This document shows positions 44,488 through 53,833 of a DNA stretch of 64,000 nt, in pieces. This DNA comes from an uncultured Spirochaetaceae bacterium (GTDB lineage Bacteria > Spirochaetota > Spirochaetia > Sphaerochaetales > Sphaerochaetaceae), in the NCBI GenBank assembly GCA_944392935.1, contig CALXYI010000032.1, positions 132 to 64,131 on the forward strand, written 5' to 3'. The notes beneath the pieces are model-generated. The model was not told the DNA's origin and did not search any database. It was given only the letters and a program-made list of their open reading frames with translations. How positions within the stretch are numbered: position 1 is the stretch's first letter; each line of letters starts with the position of its first letter. The position numbers and the translations under genes are program-made.

Positions 44488-44637
44488 GGAAGGGTGCATT
44501 GCGGCCCTCCTGCAGACAGGAGGATGATCCCTCTTCCTCGCTCATGCAGTATGCAGAGGAGAGGAGGGTGGCTCTGCGGCCACGATGATCGCTTTCATCA
44601 TTCCCCGCCTCTGCCTCAATTTGGGCATCAGGATCTC

Positions 44638-45102
44638 TCAGGATTCCAGCGCTTTCCTCACATCCTCCCCGTGGGTTGCGGTATTGACCTTCCTGAATAC
44701 CTTCCTTATCGTACCATCGCCACCGATTATATACGTGGTGCGTATCACTCCCAGAGTCCTCTTCCCGTAGAGCATCTTCTCGCCATAGGCACCGTACATC
44801 CCCATCACTGCATGCTCCGGGTCGGAGAGCAGATGGAAGGGCAGTGAATGCTTCTCCGCAAAGCGCCTGTGCGACTCAGGGCTGTCAGGGCTTATGCCGA
44901 TGACGGTGGCATCAAGGGCCCTCAGGTCCTCTATCGAATCACGCAGCGAGCATGCCTCCTTCGTGCAGCCCGGGGTGTTGTCCTTCGGGTAGAAGCAGAG
45001 GACAACGGTCTGTCCCCTGAAGTCAGAGAGCCTCGTGGCATTTCCCGATTCGTCCGGCAGCGTGAAATCCGGAGCCGTCATTCCTGTATCAAGCATATTC
45101 AC
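44638..45102 (-). CDS. bcp: Thioredoxin-dependent thiol peroxidase (Bcp/PrxQ)
   Basis: Active site FYPKDNTPGCTKEAC. 154 aa. Confidence 0.9.
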   Translation of the reverse strand: MNMLDTGMTAPDFTLPDESGNATRLSDFRGQTVVLCFYPKDNTPGCTKEACSLRDSIEDLRALDATVIGISPDSPESHRRFAEKHSLPFHLLSDPEHAVMGMYGAYGEKMLYGKRTLGVIRTTYIIGGDGTIRKVFRKVNTATHGEDVRKALES

Positions 45103-45359
45103 CTCCGCTTGCTTTCCTCTGTCGAGAGGATATCATCAAAGCCGATCCTGCTGTCATCTGCGATTCCCTCATCCTCTGCCGCCTCGGAGAGCATCGCAGT
45201 ACCTTCCATGTGCCTTCCCCGCTCCTTTATCGCATCCCCGTATCCGGGAAGGGCAGAGAATGGCGCGAACTGGCTGGCTCTTTCCTGCCGTGGCATCCTC
45301 GGATGCCGCTCCGGCTCATGGTGAGGCAATCCGATTATATCATCATAAGGCCCATTCAC
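45099..45359 (-). CDS. YolD-like family protein
   Basis: 86 aa. RASQFAPFSALPGY matches the YolD-like core. 4-nt overlaps with both neighbours. Confidence 0.7.
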   Translation of the reverse strand: MNGPYDDIIGLPHHEPERHPRMPRQERASQFAPFSALPGYGDAIKERGRHMEGTAMLSEAAEDEGIADDSRIGFDDILSTEESKRR

Positions 45360-46819
45360 CTGTGATGCCCTCCAATCTGCATGTTCCTCTCCCTGGCCGT
45401 GGAGCCTTCCTCGAGATTCATTCCCCTGAGCAGCGCATTGCCTCCGAACCGGCGGCGTATCGAGAGCGCGGCTTCCTGGAGCTGGCGCTCCTTCTCCGCG
45501 TCATGGTCCTTTCCATCGCTTTCGAAGAGGTCGCCCTGCCGCAGGCTGTCCGCCTCATCCTCGCTTATCACCCTGGCTGCTGCTATATAGAGCCGCCTTA
45601 TGAGAAGGGATGGATCCACGATCCTGTCGAAGCGCCCTGCGGCGGCTTCCATCAGCTTCCTGGCCGAGGATGTCCAGCATCCGAGATCCGCGGAGCCCCG
45701 GGCGCTTCTGGGAACCGTGCGTCCATAGCGGTCCTTCTTCGTCTCTCCTCCGAAGATCCCGCTGCGCTGCATGTTCCCGGCATCGTATCCTATCGAGAGG
45801 GTTATCCGGTCCGTGGCGAGATGCCTTGCAAGAAGCGAGGAGGCGACCGCATCCGCCATCTCCCTCACGACCAGCCTTGCCTTGTCCGCCTCATAGCCGC
45901 ACTGCAGCACCTGCCCAGAGCCTATGCTGCTTGAGTCAGGCCTATATGCCTTTATATCCTCCATCGTGCATGGCTCCCATCCCCATGCATGGTCTATCAG
46001 GAGCTCCGCATTGATTCCGAAGAGGCGGTAGAGCACATCCTCATCCTCCACAGAGCAGCGCGCTATGTCCCCCATGGTGTATATGCGCCTCTCCTCGAGC
46101 TTCCTCGCGGTGCTGCTCCCGATACGCCAGAAGTCCGTGAGCGGACGGTGCGTCCAGAGCGTGCGCCTGTATTCCATCTCATCCAGCGAGGCTATCCTCA
46201 CGCCATCGCTGTCCGCATCGATGCGCTTCGCCTTTATGTCCATGGCGATCTTGGCAAGATAGAGATTCGTGCCGATTCCGGCCGTAGCCGTTATGCCCGT
46301 CTCTGCAAGCACATCCTGGATCATCCTCCTCGCGAGCTCCTCTGCCGTCATGCTGTACAGCTGGAGGTAATCGGTGGCTTCGATGAAGACCTCGTCGATG
46401 GAGTAGACGTGCATGTCCTCAGGGGCGATGTACCTTAGGTAGATGCCGTAGATGGAGGTGCTGAGCGCTATGTAGTCGGCCATATGGGGCTTCGCCACCA
46501 GGAAGTCAGCGGCAGCGGAAGGGGAGGCTGAGAGCTCGGATGCGGAGACGGAATAGCCTTCAAGGCGATGCCCGGGCGCCTTCGCTTCCCTTGCTGCATT
46601 GATCTGCCTCATCCTCTCCTTGACCTCGAAGAGACGGCAGCGGCCCGGGATGCCGCAGGCCTTGAGCGGAGGCGAGACAGCAAGGCATATCGTCCTGTCG
46701 CTCCTCTCCTCATCGGCAACGACGAGATTCGTGTCCATCGGATCGAGGCCGCGCCTGCGGCATTCGGCTGAGGCATAGAATGACTTGAGGTCGATCGCGA
46801 TGCAGCATCTCTCCATCAT
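45356..46819 (-). CDS. Y-family DNA polymerase (UvrX/PolY2/UmuC-like)
   Basis: IAIDLKSFYASAE (catalytic Asp), YSIDEVFIE, GIGTNLYLAKIA. 487 aa. Confidence 0.9.
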   Translation of the reverse strand: MMERCCIAIDLKSFYASAECRRRGLDPMDTNLVVADEERSDRTICLAVSPPLKACGIPGRCRLFEVKERMRQINAAREAKAPGHRLEGYSVSASELSASPSAAADFLVAKPHMADYIALSTSIYGIYLRYIAPEDMHVYSIDEVFIEATDYLQLYSMTAEELARRMIQDVLAETGITATAGIGTNLYLAKIAMDIKAKRIDADSDGVRIASLDEMEYRRTLWTHRPLTDFWRIGSSTARKLEERRIYTMGDIARCSVEDEDVLYRLFGINAELLIDHAWGWEPCTMEDIKAYRPDSSSIGSGQVLQCGYEADKARLVVREMADAVASSLLARHLATDRITLSIGYDAGNMQRSGIFGGETKKDRYGRTVPRSARGSADLGCWTSSARKLMEAAAGRFDRIVDPSLLIRRLYIAAARVISEDEADSLRQGDLFESDGKDHDAEKERQLQEAALSIRRRFGGNALLRGMNLEEGSTARERNMQIGGHHR

Positions 46820-46940
46820 AGCTGTATTCTAGCCGGTATGCGCCATGCGGGAAACAGCCTTTCTGTATTATCGGTGAAGTCAGCGCCCTGCGTTTGCCTA
46901 TAGCCTGAGAGTATAGTATCATTAAGAAAAGGAGTTGCTG

Positions 46941-47648
46941 ATGGATAACAGAAACGGGATAATCCTCAAGGATATAAAGCTCAGGGAGAACGTGCTGCTG
47001 AAGAACGTCTATCTCTGGATGATACTGGGGCTTGCCATAACGGCAGGCGTGTCATATGCGACGGTGCATTCAGCCACCCTGCTGCGCCTGATATACACGA
47101 ATCCGCTTGCGATCCTGGCTATATTCATCGCCCAGATCGTGCTTGTGATGGTCCTTTCATCAAGGGTGGAGAGGCTCTCTACAGGGGCGGCCACCGGCAT
47201 CTTCGTCGGCTACTCGGTGCTGACGGGCTTCACGCTCTCTTCGGTATTCATCGTCTATACCGGCACCGTGATAATCCAGGCCTTCATATCCGCAGCGGCT
47301 GTATTCGCGGCGGGAGCCATCTACGGAGCGGTCTCCAAGAAGGATCTCAGGGGCATGGGAAGCTATCTCATGATGGGGCTTGTCGGGCTCATAATCGCAT
47401 CCCTGCTGAACATGTTCATCCGCTCCAGCGGCCTTGATTTCATCGTCTCGATCGCAGGAGTCCTTCTCTTCACCGGGCTCACAGCATGGGATTCGCAGCG
47501 CATCGCCGACATGAATGCGCGCTTCGGCTCGGAGATGACGAATGAGGAGCTTACGAAGATCGGCATCCTCGGAGCGCTTGATCTCTATCTCGATTTCATA
47601 AACATCTTCCTTTATCTGCTGAGGATATTCGGAAGAAGTGATAACTAG
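46941..47648 (+). CDS. Bax inhibitor-1/YccA family membrane protein
   Basis: ATG 46941 lies 6 nt after AAGGAG. Seven hydrophobic segments and a typical N-terminus (LLKNVYLWMILGLAIT). Confidence 0.85.
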   Translation: MDNRNGIILKDIKLRENVLLKNVYLWMILGLAITAGVSYATVHSATLLRLIYTNPLAILAIFIAQIVLVMVLSSRVERLSTGAATGIFVGYSVLTGFTLSSVFIVYTGTVIIQAFISAAAVFAAGAIYGAVSKKDLRGMGSYLMMGLVGLIIASLLNMFIRSSGLDFIVSIAGVLLFTGLTAWDSQRIADMNARFGSEMTNEELTKIGILGALDLYLDFINIFLYLLRIFGRSDN

Positions 47649-48315
47649 GCTTGTATTCGAGGGCCCTGATACCCTCGTATTCTGGAAGGAGAGCGGCATA
47701 CCTACGGTGCCGCTGAAATCGACGATCGATGGCACCACGCTCCTTTCCATCGCTGCTGCATACTATCCTGAGATACGCTGCTGCCATGGCGCAGCCGAGT
47801 GGGAGGGCGGGGTCATACACCGGCTTGACGGCCTTACCAAGGGCCTTGTCCTCATCGCCCGCAGCCAGAGAGCGTATGATGCGCTGATGCAGCAGCAGAA
47901 GAAGGATATCATCCAGAAGGAGTACATCGCACGTGTCACCGAAGGCCGTCTCATAGATGAGGGCTTCGAGCCGTATGCATTCCTTCCGCCATTCGATGGC
48001 CCGTCATCTATAACATCCTGCTTCCGCTCATTCGGACGCGGGGGGCGCAGCGTCCGCCCTGTAAGCGCGGACAGCCGCCATGCCAATGGAAGGATCTACA
48101 CCACGCTGGTGGAGCCTGAGGGCGAGCATTCCCTCAGATGCACGATAACCCGCGGCTTCCGCCATCAGATAAGGGCGCATCTCGCGTGGGCAGGCTATCC
48201 CATAGCAGGGGATACGCAGTATGGCGGGGTGCCGTCCGATGACTTCGGGCTCGAGGCTGTCTCGATAAGCTACATCGAGCCATGCTCGGGACGCCGCCTC
48301 ACGATAACGGCCTAG
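47638..48315 (+). CDS. RluA family pseudouridine synthase (short)
   Basis: Catalytic motif HRLDGLTKGLVLIARS. GTG start overlapping the upstream gene by 11 nt. Confidence 0.8.
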   Translation: MITRLVFEGPDTLVFWKESGIPTVPLKSTIDGTTLLSIAAAYYPEIRCCHGAAEWEGGVIHRLDGLTKGLVLIARSQRAYDALMQQQKKDIIQKEYIARVTEGRLIDEGFEPYAFLPPFDGPSSITSCFRSFGRGGRSVRPVSADSRHANGRIYTTLVEPEGEHSLRCTITRGFRHQIRAHLAWAGYPIAGDTQYGGVPSDDFGLEAVSISYIEPCSGRRLTITA

Positions 48316-49178
48316 CGCTCGACCGCGAAGACTATCGTCTTGTTCCCGTAGACTATTATCCTGTGTTCGAGATGGGCCTTGACGGCGCTTGCGAGCACCC
48401 TCTTCTCGCAGTCCTTGCCGACTTCCTTCAGACCGCTCGGGGTGAGCTCGTGGTTGACCCGCACGACGTCCTGCTCGATTATAGGCCCCTGGTCGAGATC
48501 CTCCGAGGCATAATGGGCTGTCGCGCCGATCATCTTCACACCCCTCTGGTAGGCCCTTAGATATGGATTCGCCCCCTGGAATGCAGGCAGGAAGGCGTGG
48601 TGGATGTTTATTATCCTGTCCTTCCATTCAGCGGTGAACTCCGCGGAGAGTATCTGCATATAGCGGGCAAGCACCACGAGGTCTATGTCGAAGCGCTTGA
48701 GCAGATCGCGTATCTTCTTCTCCTGCTTCTCCTTGTCATCCCCGACAGGGAATGAATAGAAGGGAATCCTGAACTGGTTCGCTACCTTCTCGAGATCGGG
48801 GTGGTTCGAGATTATCAGAGGGATCTCCGCATTGAATTCCCCGTCAAGCTGGCGTGATACGAGGTCATAGAGGCAGTGGCTTGTCTTCGATACGAGTATC
48901 GCGATGCGCGTGCGGTAGTCAGACCAGTGGCAGGACCATTCGAGCTCCAGCTCAGCAGCCAGCGCGGAGAAGCTGTCCTCAAGATCCTTCCTCGTCTCTG
49001 TCATGTCGCTGGCATCGAGCTCTATGCGCATGAAGAAGCGCTTCTCGTAGCTGTCCGTATGCTGCTGGCAGTGCAGGATGCTGAATCCCTTGGCTGCGAA
49101 GAATCCCACGATGGCTGACAGGAGCCCCTTCCTGTCGCTGCACTGTATGAGGAATATGGCCTTAGTCATCCTCTCCAT
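48312..49178 (-). CDS. purU: Formyltetrahydrofolate deformylase
   Basis: N-terminal ACT domain (FLIQCSDRKGLLSAIVGFF) plus a formyltransferase domain (INIHHAFLPAFQGANPY). Start taken at MERMTKA, overlapping the xseB end. The ORF is open to 49298. Confidence 0.9.
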   Translation of the reverse strand: MERMTKAIFLIQCSDRKGLLSAIVGFFAAKGFSILHCQQHTDSYEKRFFMRIELDASDMTETRKDLEDSFSALAAELELEWSCHWSDYRTRIAILVSKTSHCLYDLVSRQLDGEFNAEIPLIISNHPDLEKVANQFRIPFYSFPVGDDKEKQEKKIRDLLKRFDIDLVVLARYMQILSAEFTAEWKDRIINIHHAFLPAFQGANPYLRAYQRGVKMIGATAHYASEDLDQGPIIEQDVVRVNHELTPSGLKEVGKDCEKRVLASAVKAHLEHRIIVYGNKTIVFAVER

Positions 49179-49389
49179 CTCCCTTCCATTCCTCCGTCTC
49201 AAGCTCGTTCTCGTTATCCGAGACGACCTTCTCGACCTTGCGCTGTATCTCCGTAAGCGTCTTCGTGAGCTTCCTGCCAAGCTCGCTCGCTTCCTCATAC
49301 AGCTTGATCGATTCCTCGAGTCCTGTATCCTCTTTCCTTAGGAGATCCGTTATCTCCTCCATTCTCCTGAGATCGCTTTCGAAGCTCAT
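49162..49389 (-). CDS. xseB: Exodeoxyribonuclease VII small subunit
   Basis: 75 aa. LRRMEEITDLL and LEESIKLYEEA. It directly follows xseA. Confidence 0.85.
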   Translation of the reverse strand: MSFESDLRRMEEITDLLRKEDTGLEESIKLYEEASELGRKLTKTLTEIQRKVEKVVSDNENELETEEWKGDGEDD

Positions 49390-50781
49390 CTATCCTTCCT
49401 TTACGATGGAACGGACCGTGCCGTCCATGAGTCTCGTTGTGATTATATCCCCTTCATGCACCTCACCGGCATGCCTGATGATCCTTCCGCCGCTGCCTTC
49501 CGTAACGGAGTATCCCCGGCGGAGTATCTGCAGCGGTGACAGCGCCTCGCATTCCCTTATGGCCGCCCTGAGGCGGAATCCGGCAAGCCTTGCCTTCTCC
49601 TTCCCGGCCCTCTCCGATTCAAGCATGAGGGATGAGAGCAGGGCTTCATACGCCCTGATCCTTCCGCCCGCCGCATCAGAGGCTGCGGCCTTCAGCTCCG
49701 CAAGCCTCCTTGCCGCGGAGCCAAGCCTTGCCTCCATGGCATTCGCGGCATCCTCCTCCGCATATCCAAGACGGGTCTCCGCATTCCTCATCCTGAGTAT
49801 GAGAAGATGCCTGAGATCCTCTACCGATGGGATCCTGGCCCGGTATCCCATGATCCTCTTCTCGAATGCGGAGAGGGCATGGAATGCAGAGGAAAGGCGA
49901 GCTGAGGCATCGTAGGTCTTCCCCTTCATCAGCGATGAGGCGGCGAAGAGCGCAGATGAGAGCCTTCCACGCCTTCTGTATATCGTCTCTGTCGCTATCT
50001 CGGCGGCTGCGGACGGGGTCGGTGCCCTCCTGTCTGCCGCATAGTCCGAGATCGGCCAGTCTATCTCATGCCCGACTGCGGAGATTATCGGTATCGATGA
50101 TGAATGGATCGCCTCTATGACAGCCGGTTCCGAGAATGCCGCGAGATCCTCGATGCTGCCTCCGCCCCTGCCGACTATCAGGAGATCGCAGGCTTCGAAG
50201 AGATCCGCCTGCCTTATCCTCATGGCTATCTCCTCCGCAGCTCCCTCTCCCTGCACTCGGGCAGGGAATATCAGTATATCAAGGGATGGTGCGCGACGCC
50301 GTGTCACGTTGAGGATGTCGCGTATGGCCGCCCCCGTCGGGCTTGTCACCACTCCCAGCACCGATATCTCCTCCGGGATGGGCTTCTTCCTGTCCTCATC
50401 GAAGTATCCGAGGTTCCTGTAGTACTCCTTCCTCTTCTCGATCTGCTGCAGCAGGTCCCCATCCCCCTTCTTCCGCATCTCCCTGACTATGAACGTGAGC
50501 TTCCCGTTCTTCGTATAGTAGGAGAGGGAGCCCCTGGCCACCACGAGATCGCCGTTCTGCGGAATCAGCATGGAAAGCTGATGGGAGCGGAAGACCGCGG
50601 CATCAAGCGCTGCATCCCTGTCCTTCAGGGTGAAGTACCAGTGGCCCGAGGAGGCTGGCCTGAATCCGGATATCTCCCCTTCGATCGTCATCTCGCAGAA
50701 GAGCTCCTCGACGGCGCTGTGTATGAGATCATTCGCCTCGGAGACGGTGAGCGTCTTCCCGAGGAGGTCATACGGTTCCAT
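49390..50781 (-). CDS. xseA: Exodeoxyribonuclease VII large subunit
   Basis: LTVSEANDLIHSAVEELF...IEGEISGFRPASSGHWYFTLKD aligns with the E. coli XseA N-terminus when started at MEPYDLL (ATG 50781). The ORF is open to GTG 50841. Confidence 0.9.
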   Translation of the reverse strand: MEPYDLLGKTLTVSEANDLIHSAVEELFCEMTIEGEISGFRPASSGHWYFTLKDRDAALDAAVFRSHQLSMLIPQNGDLVVARGSLSYYTKNGKLTFIVREMRKKGDGDLLQQIEKRKEYYRNLGYFDEDRKKPIPEEISVLGVVTSPTGAAIRDILNVTRRRAPSLDILIFPARVQGEGAAEEIAMRIRQADLFEACDLLIVGRGGGSIEDLAAFSEPAVIEAIHSSSIPIISAVGHEIDWPISDYAADRRAPTPSAAAEIATETIYRRRGRLSSALFAASSLMKGKTYDASARLSSAFHALSAFEKRIMGYRARIPSVEDLRHLLILRMRNAETRLGYAEEDAANAMEARLGSAARRLAELKAAASDAAGGRIRAYEALLSSLMLESERAGKEKARLAGFRLRAAIRECEALSPLQILRRGYSVTEGSGGRIIRHAGEVHEGDIITTRLMDGTVRSIVKEG

Positions 50782-50936
50782 GATGCTATTGTATTCGGAT
50801 AGGGGCTTTCTGAGAATATCGTGATGGGCAATCCGCGCCACAGAGGCTTCAGGGGGTGGTATATTATCACTATTCCCATCAAAGAATGCGTTTATGACGT
50901 TGCAAAAGGCTTGAGGGGTAATCTAACATTTCTCCT

Positions 50937-51266
50937 ATGCTTCAGGTGATAGGACGCAGGAAATCAAGGGAGACGCAGAAAGCCGTGCGCTATCTGAAGG
51001 AGAGGCGCATACCGTTCCAGATGCTTGACCTGGATGAGAGGGATCTCTCAGCACGCGAATGGGAGGGTATCCTCTCCTCCATCGATCCGGAATCCCTTGT
51101 CGATACGGAAGGCCAGTATTACAGGAAGAACGGCTATGCCTGGCGTGAGTACTCGCCAAGGGAGGAGCTCGTGGAGCATCCGGAGCTCCTGCGCCTTCCG
51201 ATCCTCCGTGCCGGCGGCCGGGCGGCAGCAGGGCTTGATGAGGCCTTCATCGGGGAGAATGCCTGA
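50937..51266 (+). CDS. ArsC/Spx/MgsR family protein (no redox Cys evident)
   Basis: 109 aa. VIGRRKSRETQKAVRYLKERRIPF parallels the ArsC-family N-terminus, but the usual Cys is replaced. Confidence 0.7.
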   Translation: MLQVIGRRKSRETQKAVRYLKERRIPFQMLDLDERDLSAREWEGILSSIDPESLVDTEGQYYRKNGYAWREYSPREELVEHPELLRLPILRAGGRAAAGLDEAFIGENA

Positions 51267-52036
51267 TGCACTATCTCATCATCACGACCGGAAGCTGCGG
51301 CAACTGCTATGTCTTCTTCAGCGGCACGGACACGCTGATAATCGATGACGGGATCACATACTCGAAGCTCTCAAGGAGCCTTTCCGAGCATGATATCCCC
51401 ATCTCATCCATCCGTGCGCTGTTCCTCACGCATCTCCATCCGGATCATTCGAAGGGGGCAGGTGTCCTCCAGAGGAAGCTCGGGATCCCTGTATACATCT
51501 CAGAGCTTTCGAGGGAGAGGAACGGGAGCATACTCATGAGGCAGAAGATAGAGATGGAGAGCCTCCGCACATACACATTCGGAGAGATGGTGGATATCCC
51601 GGGATTCTCTGTCTCCGCATTCCCCACATCCCATGATTCAGATGGATCCGCAGGCTATGTCATCGAGAGCGCAGGGCGCACATTCTTCCTGATGACGGAT
51701 ACAGGTGTCATCCCGAAGGAGGCCTGGGAGCTTGCCTGTGGAGCCGATGTCAAATTCATTGAATCGAACTACGATGATGATATGCTTGAGGAAGGGAGGT
51801 ATCCCGAGTTCCTCAAGAAGCGCATAAACGGCGTCTACGGACACCTCTCCAACAGGGAGGCCGTGGACTTCGCAAAGCGGACAGCACGGCATGGCGAGAG
51901 CGTGTACTTCGTGCACCTGAGCGCCAACAACAATGCTCCCTCGATCGTGAGGGAGCTCGCAGAGCGGGAGATACCGTCAGGCATCTTCTGCCACGTATGC
52001 GAAAGAGGGGGGCTTTCGGAAGGATTCATAGAGTAG
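51266..52036 (+). CDS. MBL-fold metallo-hydrolase
   Basis: HxHxDH motif LTHLHPDHSKG. TGATG overlap with the upstream gene. Confidence 0.85.
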   Translation: MHYLIITTGSCGNCYVFFSGTDTLIIDDGITYSKLSRSLSEHDIPISSIRALFLTHLHPDHSKGAGVLQRKLGIPVYISELSRERNGSILMRQKIEMESLRTYTFGEMVDIPGFSVSAFPTSHDSDGSAGYVIESAGRTFFLMTDTGVIPKEAWELACGADVKFIESNYDDDMLEEGRYPEFLKKRINGVYGHLSNREAVDFAKRTARHGESVYFVHLSANNNAPSIVRELAEREIPSGIFCHVCERGGLSEGFIE

Positions 52037-53824
52037 ATGGGCAGGAAGCACAGGAAGGATGTCATCAGAGAGAAGGACTGCAGGCGCGTCCGCCGTCCGG
52101 ACGGCCTGGGGATGAAGACCGTCAGGGGATATACATTCCCTGATTTCATGGATGCCGTTTCCTCGAGATACGGAGCAAGGAAATGCTATGGCGTATTCCG
52201 CTCGGGAGAGGAGAACGATATCTCATACAGCCAGCTTGTGTGGTATGCGGAAGCCGCAGCCACATACATGCTCTCGCTGGGGATATCCAAGGGCGACAGG
52301 GTCGCCGTGATAGGGGAGAGCTGCCCCGAGTGGATGGTCATATACCTCGCCACGGTCTCGATCGGCGCGATCGCCGTACCTGTCCTTCCGGATTTCCCTT
52401 CCCGTGACATGCTCTCAATACTCTCCTCAAGCGGGGCGAAGGCAGTGGCGGTGAATGCGAAGCAGTTCCCGAAGATAGAGAGCGTGGCTTCTTCCATGAT
52501 CCTCTTCCGCATGGATGATCTGGTGCACGTGCCCCAGATACCTTCCGCCTCGGATTTCCGCAGCGCACCCGGCTACTCGCTCCGTACGCAGAAGATAAGG
52601 AAGGCCGATCTTGAGGCGGCCAGGCCGGGTGAGGATGATACGGCATCGATAATCTTCACATCCGGGACCACAGGGGCATCCAAGGGCGTGGAGCTGTCTC
52701 ATATGAACATCCTGCGCTGTGCCGATCTCGCGACGGATATCTACGTACGCCTGCGCCCAGGCTACCGTGTCCTCTCGATCCTGCCGATGGCCCATGTCTA
52801 TGAGTTCACGATAGGGCAGATACTCCCCATGATGAAGGGCCTTGAGATAACATTCCTCGGCCGCCAGCCTGCGGTATCCATCCTTCTTCCGGCGCTCTCA
52901 GAGATACGTCCGCATGTCATGCTCACCGTACCCCTGCTCATAGAGAAGGTATACAAGGCAGCGGTGCTGCCGGTCCTGAAGGGAGATGGCAGGATCGCCA
53001 GGCTTGCCGCGAATCCTCTTCTCTCCCCATTCGTCTACCGTACCATAGGCCGCCGCCTCATGAAGACATTCGGACACCGGCTCAGGTTCTTCGGTATCGG
53101 AGGCGCACCGCTCGATCCTGAGGTGGAGAGCTTCCTCCATAGGGCTCATTTCCCATATGCGATAGGGTATGGGCTTACGGAGACATCCCCGCTCGTCGCC
53201 GGGTGCGGCTCTGCGCACAGCAGGCAGCATCCGGGATACATCGGGGAGATCGTCTCCGACGATGATGTCATCCTCCTCGATGTGAACAGCAGAGGGGAGG
53301 GCGAGATAGCCGTGAAGGGACCGAATGTGATGAAAGGCTACTACGGCCGTCCCGATCTCACTGCGGAGGTCTTCACCGATGACGGTTACTTCCGCACAGG
53401 GGATCTCGGGTACATCGACAGCCGGCGCCGTCTGTCGATCCGCGGACGCGTGAAGACGATGATACTCGGACCGGGTGGGGAGAATATCTATCCGGAGATG
53501 ATAGAGACGCTGATAAACAACCAGGATTATGTTGCAGAGTCCCTTGTCGTCCCCGAGGATGGCGGTCTCCTGGCCCTGATACGCATCGATATCGATGTCA
53601 TGGCTGACAGGATGAAGATATCGCTGCAGGAGGCGCAGAAGGAGGCGGAGAAGCAGCTTGCCGCGATCAGGCGCGATGTGAACTCCCAGCTATCGGCATT
53701 CTCGAAGATATCGGATGTCAGGCTCCAGGAGAAGCCGTTCGAGCGTACTCCAACGCAGAAGATAAAGCGTTTCCTCTATTCCAGGAAGGACAGGGATAAG
53801 GACAAGGATGGCCCATCCGAGTAG
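52037..53824 (+). CDS. AMP-dependent synthetase / long-chain-fatty-acid--CoA ligase (second paralog)
   Basis: IFTSGTTGASKGV, GYGLTETS, QKIKRF. The start may instead be ATG 52112 (MKTVRGY). Confidence 0.9.
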   Translation: MGRKHRKDVIREKDCRRVRRPDGLGMKTVRGYTFPDFMDAVSSRYGARKCYGVFRSGEENDISYSQLVWYAEAAATYMLSLGISKGDRVAVIGESCPEWMVIYLATVSIGAIAVPVLPDFPSRDMLSILSSSGAKAVAVNAKQFPKIESVASSMILFRMDDLVHVPQIPSASDFRSAPGYSLRTQKIRKADLEAARPGEDDTASIIFTSGTTGASKGVELSHMNILRCADLATDIYVRLRPGYRVLSILPMAHVYEFTIGQILPMMKGLEITFLGRQPAVSILLPALSEIRPHVMLTVPLLIEKVYKAAVLPVLKGDGRIARLAANPLLSPFVYRTIGRRLMKTFGHRLRFFGIGGAPLDPEVESFLHRAHFPYAIGYGLTETSPLVAGCGSAHSRQHPGYIGEIVSDDDVILLDVNSRGEGEIAVKGPNVMKGYYGRPDLTAEVFTDDGYFRTGDLGYIDSRRRLSIRGRVKTMILGPGGENIYPEMIETLINNQDYVAESLVVPEDGGLLALIRIDIDVMADRMKISLQEAQKEAEKQLAAIRRDVNSQLSAFSKISDVRLQEKPFERTPTQKIKRFLYSRKDRDKDKDGPSE

Positions 53825-53833
53825 AATAGCGCT

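Noticed and set aside
46820-46940. LexA/SOS box upstream of the Y-family polymerase operon.
   Set aside because: I looked for GAAC-N4-GTTC (Cheo box), CTGT-N8-ACAG and TTTG-N5-CAAA patterns. Only two CTGTATT half-site-like direct repeats are present, without the complementary half. I cannot support an SOS box call without knowing this organism's LexA motif.
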